Assembly: GCA_000934665.2 (NCBI GenBank)
Contig: JYFJ02001778.1
Coordinates: 49,847 to 69,846, forward strand
Origin: Catajapyx aquilonaris
Taxonomy: Eukaryota
DNA: 20,000 nucleotides
Direction of reading: 5' to 3'
This document shows, in pieces, positions 13,676 to 20,000 of this stretch (its first letter is position 1; every line of letters starts with the position of its first letter). The notes under the pieces are model-generated. The model saw only the letters and a list, made by a program, of their open reading frames with translations, had not been told where the DNA came from and ran no database searches. The translations under genes and the position numbers were made by a program.

Positions 13676-13702
13676 GTTTGCGTTTCCTTGTCTCGTTGGC
13701 AG
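13676..13702 (+). promoter_or_regulatory. 3' splice site (polypyrimidine tract + AG) of the dpr exon
   Basis: atgtttgcgtttccttgtctcgttggcAG|GA. Use of this site gives a phase-1 junction into the Dpr reading frame. Confidence 0.75.
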
Positions 13703-13899
13703 GACTGACAAAGGTGTCGGCGTCGAGCAGCAGCGGAGGTGGTGGAGAAGAGGAGGACTCCTACTGGAAAACACCTCCGCCGCCACTGCTGCCTCCAGTG
13801 GGGCCTCATTTCGATGTGGCCGGATCCGGGAATGTCACAGCCCTCGTGGGAAAAACCGCATACCTCAATTGCCGGGTCAAGAACCTCAGCAACAAGACG
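13703..13899 (+). CDS. dpr9: Internal coding exon of a Dpr-family (defective proboscis extension response, dpr9-like) Ig-superfamily cell-surface protein: N-terminal linker plus first half of Ig domain 1
   Basis: Translation after a split codon is LTKVSASSSSGGGGEEEDSYWKTPPPPLLPPVGPHFDVAGSGNVTALVGKTAYLNCRVKNLSNKT. The segment GPxFD...NVTALxGKTAYLNCRVKNLxNKT is the Dpr Ig1 signature, including the B-strand Cys, and from memory is closest to Drosophila Dpr9. It is preceded by a pyrimidine tract ending ttggcAG (13702) and followed by a phase-0 GTAAGT donor right after NKT, the usual NKT/VSW intron position in Dpr genes. N-glycosylation sequons NVT, NLS and NKT are present. Family call is high confidence; the dpr9 paralog call is moderate. 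Confidence 0.9.
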
Positions 13900-13905
13900 G
13901 TAAGT
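13900..13905 (+). promoter_or_regulatory. 5' splice donor of the dpr exon
   Basis: ACG|GTAAGT matches the donor consensus. Read unspliced, the frame loses Dpr similarity (VSAKKKYC*) shortly after this point. Confidence 0.92.
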
Positions 13906-15186
13906 GCAAAAAAAAAATACTGTTAACTCAATTCCGCACTGTATGGCTTGTACAGTTTGCGTCAAAGGAAAATTATTATCATGCGAATAATGAGTCGCTG
14001 TTTATTAATTTATTTTCTAAATTTATGATGTGTCAGCGAGTGCTCATCCGAATGAAGCGGATGCAGTTCTTCCGTCACTGAGAGTGCACTTTGTTACACT
14101 GTGGTTTCAGTCGTCTCTGGAGATTCGTCACTGTATCCAGCCTCAATGAAGTAGGCATGCAACTGTGCTAAACCCGGCGGTTAAAATCCCTAGACTGTAA
14201 AAGGCGCGGCGCAAAACAAGTTTACCTGATGCACCCTTTAAGAATACTTAAGCAGGTAGTGCACCAAATGTCACCAACTTGTGTTGTACAGAGTTCCCAA
14301 CCTTGCTTCCATCTGACGGCCCAAATCCAAAGCCATTTCCTCAGCATCCAAGAACTAGAAAAACTTTTTTTGGGCCAAAATGCGCTCTCTCTCTCGAATG
14401 GCACAAAAAAAAGAACTTTGAGCCGAGCATTAGGTGCATTGAAGGCCATCAGCGGAACCGAAAGTGAGGGCTTGAGGTGGGGGATGGGGAGGGTAAAGGA
14501 GAGAGGCCTCCACCAATAGAACGATTCATGCGCTCTTTTGCCCTCCTGAGACTCAGCGCCCGAGAGATAAATTGTGGTGTCGGGAGAGGTGGCTACTTTC
14601 AAATCTTGCTCTTTTGCTCTCATTAAAGGAACATGAAAAGGGACGTGCCACGTGCATTTTGTTGCGAGGCTTAGGCGCCACTTCCAATCGGTGAAAGAAA
14701 AAGCGAGCCGGAAAAAAAACATTCTGCTATTCTTTTAACTTCACAATTTTTGTAATTGGTTAGTCCCAATAACAATGGTAAAGAAAGTAAACTGAATGTG
14801 AAAATTTAAAAATCGTACTAAAAGTACAATGGACCGTAAATAGTGGAGTGATTCAATCACAGCATTTGTAATACAATTAGGCTACTGGTAGGGTTGGTTG
14901 CACTAAAAGGTGTACAGGCACAGTGCTCTGAGGTCATGAAAAATGTATATTAACCTGTACGTGATGTGAACTTCAATTGGAGAGAAGTAAGCAAATGCAT
15001 TAACACGTCGGTGTATATTACGGGAAAATGGCCGGTTGTATAAATGAGTATTATAAATATTGATAACGTTCTCATAATTTTCGTTCATGCAACTTATCAA
15101 AACTCTGTGAAGCTTATTTCGTTCCCACGTTCTGATTTTTTTTTTTAACTGAAGAAAGTTTTAGCCTTATTTTGCCGTGTTTTTTC

Positions 15187-15415
15187 TTAAGAGTGTGCTT
15201 CACCTCAACTTGCAGTTAAGAATAATTATTAGGGAGTAACCCAACTATTCTGGCCAAAATTACATCCGCCATGTGCTCCAAACTATACGATGTGTCTGCA
15301 TGCTAATGGAAGGTGTAGCCATGAGTCCATTATGGGGCTGCGTTCTGGATAATAACTGGGTCAAAATTATTCGATGCTTTTAAAACCCTGCGAATTGGGG
15401 TGAAGGAAGTCGTAA
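15187..15415. mobile_element. Degenerate foldback or MITE-like element with long imperfect inverted repeats
   Basis: Three nested inverted matches: 15198-15215 vs 15388-15405 (15/18), GAATAATT 15220-15227 vs 15365-15372 (8/8), and ACCCAACTATT 15239-15249 vs 15351-15361 (9/11). TTAA and TAA lie at the outer edges. Confidence 0.55.
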
Positions 15416-15664
15416 TGAGCGGGTACAGAGGAAATTATTTACAAAAGAGTGGAATTACCTGATCGGCACCTACTTTAGAAGATTTATAACTAGGGCATGG
15501 CTGTAAGTTAGGTAGTACAGGCATCGGGTGTTCTATTGCGCAGACATTTCTTTAGCGGTTTAGCCGTTAGTAGTTAAGCAGCATTTTGAGTCACAAAATA
15601 ATTTATGTAGGCCTAATACTTGTACTTGATTTGTAAAAACAACGTCCAGAAGGAATGCCGGTTT

Positions 15665-15817
15665 TTATCCTGATCTGTTGATGACCCGCAGCACGTGGGA
15701 GGCTAAAGAGTAGCCCTGAATAGTCAGGATGAATGACGGAATACTTCTTATCCTGGTTAGTTGGTGACCCGCAGCACAGGGGAAGCTTGAGGGTAGCCCT
15801 AAACAGTCAGGATGAAT
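15665..15817. repeat. Direct tandem repeat: two 70-bp units (15665-15734, 15748-15817), period 83 bp, each with its own terminal inverted repeat
   Basis: Ungapped alignment gives 58/70 identity. Both units start TTATCCTG and end GTCAGGATGAAT. A 13-nt spacer lies at 15735-15747. Confidence 0.92.
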
Positions 15818-18696
15818 AATACAAGTAGTGTACTGTGCTGTCATACTTCCAAAATATAATATTGTCTGCGATTGTTCCGCATTTAAAACCTTTATTGTGT
15901 CAGCACAAGCAAATCCGCTTATTTAATTTGCGTTCTTCAACTCTGATGAATCCCAGCTTTTTGTCACTGATGTTTTACTTTAGCTTTGTGCGCCACTTTG
16001 TTACTGGTAGCATGACTCATATGTCAAGTAATCTGCAGGTCAAGACCGCACACTGTAAAAACACCTCAGAGGCAAGTGCATATATTCAATGTTGAGAGCG
16101 TGAACTTCCATGGCGAAAGCCTTGCATTAGCCCAGGAATTAAACACTTGCCAAGCTGGGGCTTTCGCGATTTTTCATCAGACCCAAAAGCAGGAGAGACA
16201 GTCACAACTCAGCACTAATTAGACCGGCTTTACCCCAGCTAAGGAGATAGAGCTAAGTACGTATGCGAGTGCCACTAAATATCATAATGCCTCCCCCCCT
16301 TTACTTATGAAATCGGATTTCGACTCGGGCAGACAACCTTCAACCGCGCCTACGTCTGGCTTCCCCAACTGAATAAGCCAATTTCTCCCTCCGGGGTTCT
16401 CCTACCTTCCTTCAAAGCCCCTAATTCGCATTCTCCTCAGGCCTAGCGTCCATCTCATCCTAGGGCAAAATGTGTGAGGCTGCTCCTTCACTACCTTCTT
16501 CTTGCCAGCATTTTACGATCGCTAGAACTCAATTCGCTCTTCTTCGACTCATTCCCGCTATTCCTTCTATGCGGCCTTTGAACAATCCCACGAGTCCTGA
16601 CGTAGTCGCCAGTCCCCTCCCCCCCCCCCCTTCTATAGGGGTGTCCTGCCATGGGCCAACTTTTAGAGGAAAGGCTGCTGGAAGGGTAGAAAAAAATGTA
16701 AGAAAATCGGTGGGTGAAACGAGGGCTCCGGCTCGTCCGCACCGGAAGCTCATCTTTCAATAACTTCTTCATAACAATCTTTCCGGGATAGTCGTGGCTG
16801 TTGGCTCAACCAAAGCGCTTCTGACACAAGCAAAGAAGCGCTGGGTAGGGAGGAAAAATTGGTAGAGTGGAGCTCACCCCCTTTACCGGAATCATCCGGA
16901 GCAATTTATTCCTCGCTTTAAAAAAACCACGCCTGCGCCCTGCTTTTTTTTAAAAAATCCGGGGCATATTCCTATCGATTTTTTTTCCGGGACCACCCCT
17001 CCTTTTACCCTTCCCTGGCTCCAAACCGGTCTAACTTATGACACAATCTGACATGAAATTGGCCTCAGTGGCATAAACAAGAGACCCACCTACAATCACT
17101 TCTTGCGCAGGCTGCCTTTAACGGCGTCCTGGTTTCGCGATAGATCACTCCGGGTATACTGCGGTGCGCTCTACAATAAATAAATCCGGGCTTGCATGGT
17201 CGTTTGAACTAATTGAAAATTACCGCGCGTTTCCCTTCCCCACGCGCAATAACATTAAATGCAAATAACGCAAGTATTCTCATATTTTTTACGCACACAA
17301 ATTAATGAATTGTCGTACTGGCTGGATCCGGCGTGACTAACAGTTATTGAATTTTAATTCGGGTTTGTTTTACTATGCGCGGCAGTCATCTACATTTATA
17401 ATGAACAATAATTATGGAACCAAGCTCAGTGGTATCAATGCTGTAAACTTTTTGACCTGACAAAAGCGTAGGCACAGATCCGATAAAACACTGATACATG
17501 CACAATTGCGTACACATTAACGCGGAATTGATTCTACTGTGTGCTTTTCAATGGTGGTCATGACCTGGAGTTATTTGCACTCCTTACGCCTTATCGCACC
17601 CTGTTCACTGACTCATCAACATGGACCTGCCAATTAGATAGCAGCAGTTTACCCAACGCTCCACAACTACCCCCTGCATTCCTCCCTTTCGATTAATTGG
17701 CTACCTGTGTTAACTGCATCGTTTGAAAATTTACTCTCTGTGGTGAAGGGAAAAAACAACTTCCTGGCGGTGACGCAAGCAATTATTTTATAACTTAATA
17801 GAATCACGTTTTATTGCATATTCCGGATTATCGCATGAAATTCGCCACCTGTACATTTTAGAATATAATTAAAAGCTGCCTTTACTCTTTGTAAATGTAA
17901 ATGTGCAGAATCAGCAAATGTTGCCAGTACACTGCTAGGAAATATTTAACAAATTATTGCACCTAACAAATTCGTATTTTGCATGACCAGTTAAAATGAC
18001 ATTTGGTTGCTCTATTCCGACAGTTAGTTTTGAAATGCGTGGCACATGTTCCTGCTAAAAAAGTTGCGAATCGAATTCCCACCAACCCGCAACCGTGTAA
18101 TAGCACCCAGTGTACCTGATTGCGTACATGTTTGCTTGCATTATTTTCGCTTCCGTACAGTACAGTACCACCCTGCAAGAACAACACTCAACCAACATCA
18201 ACACCACAAATTCAATTGCTCTCCACGTTGTTCAGCATCCAATAAATCATAATGCACACGGAAATGTCAGTACCATAATGAGCTCCAGGGCTGCCCTCAC
18301 TCAGTGATTGTTTACCCCAGCAACCAGTGTAGCATTATATTGTCCCATTTCTTTCTTTGACATCGCCGGCTATCTCTCTCGAGCCAGAAGATATAACTCA
18401 GAGCCCGTCGGAATGGCTTCATTCGAACGGGGAAAGAGGAAAAGCCCCTGACCCATCTCTAATCATAACCCCTCCCTGAAGGAAACTTAAGGGGAAAAAA
18501 TCGTATTACTTCCGGTTATGGGACAGACGTGTTGAAAACTCGTTTGTGCTCATTCGGAAGCTGCACCTTAACCGGGGCGTCCGAACTGCAATGCGCGTGT
18601 CCTCTGGGTCGTGATTTTCTGCCTACGTGGCTCGAATTTCCAACCACTATACCTTCTCTCCCACCCCTCTCACAATTTTTCCCCCCTTTCTCTCTA

Positions 18697-18720
18697 CCCC
18701 CTACCCCCGCCCCCTACCCC
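18697..18720 (-). other. G-quadruplex-prone tract on the minus strand (C-tracts on +)
   Basis: CCCCCtaCCCCCgCCCCCtaCCCC has four tracts of 4-5 nt with 1-2 nt loops. Motif only. Confidence 0.6.
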
Positions 18721-19908
18721 TTTCCACAGCTGTCGGATCGGATAATACTGTTTCTAGCTGACAATTACTTGGAAACGACTTTTAAGGTAATGCCTGCGTG
18801 CACTGAAAGAAAGTCGATGCTTTCTCCTTGATCAATTGTCATTTCCGCTTCTCGTTCGGAAACGGCCTTTTCTAAACTCGTTCCAAAAAAAAGCGACTCG
18901 CAAAAAAAAACTAGTTATTTCAAACTCATCCAGCCGGCCATTTTTGGGGACTGGGCCGATTATGGCTGCAGACTTTTTTTTCCGTGTTCTGGCGGTTTTG
19001 CAGGGCGCGGGAGAACTTAGGTAAATCATCCGAAATGTGACCCGGAGAATTGCTATTCTCGGAGTGGTTTTGGTAGAAAATTGATACTTTCATAAGAAGC
19101 CAAACGGTGTTGTTGAGCTCTCTTATGCGGCTTGCATAAGTGTGAGGGTAGTTTTAAGTTCGTAAATGTATGGCCCATCCGATTTGCCATTTAAGTCTTT
19201 ATGGAGCCAAACTACACGTAGTCGGTATTTTATGAGTAATGCTGTTTTTAACTCGTATGCTTAGAGCCAATTGATCAGTCAGCAATTTTTGTCAAGATTG
19301 AAGAAAATATTTTTGTAAAAACAATGCAAGTTACGAAACTGATCAGATCTCTCCAGTTCATTACGATCACGCCGAAATTACACCTCGCGGAGATTATAGA
19401 CTGCACTGCAACCCCCCCCCCNCTTGCTCATCAATGAGCCATCAGCATTTTAATAATAGGTATGGGGGCGAGGGATATCGCCGGGAAAATTCTGCCAATA
19501 AAGTACGAAGGCTTATGACAAAAAGCTCCCAGGCCATTTGGCCGCCGAGATATTTTGCATCAAGGTTTATGCAGAGCAGCATAGTGGGAGGGGGACGGCC
19601 TGGATTTTTTTTTCATGAAAAAAAAGTGGGGTGGTCCGTGCATAATATTGGGAACCTGAGCCTGGGTAACAGCAACGGGAGAAATCCCACGGGGTCCAAC
19701 CGCCCCCAAAAGGCCGCACAACGGACCACGTCAAAGGCGAAAATGATGTTCTAAACGCTCAAGTGCACAGGGAGAAAGTTAATAAGCCAGCATCCCCGCA
19801 TATATCTCTCTCACCACAGCCGCTAATTGCGTGACGGTTTGACACACATGCAAACATTGAGCAGGAAAAAAATTAAAGCCTCGAGCTGTATACGTGGACA
19901 TCAGGGGA

Positions 19909-19980
19909 GACGGAGTGGCGCCGCGGTAACGTGCGCGCCCACGGATGTTAAGGTCCCGGGTTCGATCCCAGCCCGGGGAC
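19909..19980 (+). mobile_element. Degenerate tRNA-Arg(ACG)-derived sequence: probable tRNA-SINE 5' head or tRNA pseudogene; a SINE body would run off the window
   Basis: A-box-like TGGCGCCGCGG (19916-19926) and B-box GGTTCGATCCC (19959-19969) sit at tRNA spacing. It is colinear with metazoan tRNA-Arg(ACG) (TGGCGC..GG.TAACG.G...ACGGAT...AG.T.CC.GGTTCGA), with ACG at 19941-19943. The acceptor and anticodon stems do not pair and the T stem is only partly paired, so it is not a functional tRNA. Confidence 0.75.
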
Positions 19981-20000
19981 ACCCCCTTCATCTCGTGCAG

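Larger units (their letters stand above)
13900..20000 (+). other. Large intron of the dpr-like gene (more than 6.1 kb, continues past the window)
   Basis: The expected next exon (VSWVRHRD-type motif, phase 0) was not found downstream in the window. This is inferred from absence. Confidence 0.7.

Noticed and set aside
13530..14081. Longest ORF (183 aa), and the minus-strand ORFs 13502-13786 and 13672-13965
   Set aside because: These are alternative-frame shadows of the GC-rich dpr exon with no recognisable domain.
15665..15817. Tandem units read as a CRISPR array, SECIS or hammerhead ribozyme
   Set aside because: There are only two long diverged units with a 13-nt spacer, in eukaryotic DNA with no cas genes. 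The AUGA-to-AAR spacing is wrong for SECIS, and the hammerhead GAAA is missing.
16145..16190. Minus-strand CTGATGA-N8-GAAAGC hammerhead-like core
   Set aside because: Stems I and II do not form and there is no properly placed UH cleavage site.
16814..16842. 9-bp stem hairpin AGCGCTTCT/AGAAGCGCT
   Set aside because: Expected by chance at this window size, with no supporting context.
17124..17183. ASWFRDRSLRVYCG, loosely resembling the expected next exon VSWVRHRD
   Set aside because: The nearby AG (17110) is in the wrong phase for a phase-0 junction, similarity ends quickly, and a stop follows at 17181.
19412..19422. Poly-C run containing an ambiguous base (n at 19422)
   Set aside because: Most likely sequencing or assembly uncertainty in a homopolymer, not biology.
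19909..19980. Functional tRNA-Arg gene
   Set aside because: The acceptor and anticodon stems are unpaired, and conserved A14 and U33 are replaced.

Overview
This is eukaryotic, most likely arthropod, genomic DNA of moderate GC with many homopolymer runs. It is almost entirely non-coding and appears to lie inside a large-intron neuronal cell-recognition gene. The one confidently coding segment is a 197-nt + strand exon (13703-13899) for the N-terminal linker and first half of Ig domain 1 of a Dpr-family (defective proboscis extension response, dpr9-like) IgSF protein, with a canonical AG acceptor and GTAAGT donor. The other computed ORFs look spurious. The flanking sequence holds a degenerate tRNA-Arg(ACG)-derived element at the right edge (probable SINE head), several short MITE-like inverted-repeat elements, a perfect 28-bp palindrome, G-quadruplex-prone tracts and a (CTC)7 microsatellite. 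Two observations are worth following up. (i) A tandem pair of 70-bp self-complementary units at 15665-15817 has box C/D (K-turn)-like motifs and could be an intronic structured RNA. (ii) A second strong splice acceptor 117 nt upstream of the dpr exon is in the same phase and adds ATG-GTC-TGA followed by an open signal-peptide-like frame. No novel system can be established from the sequence alone.
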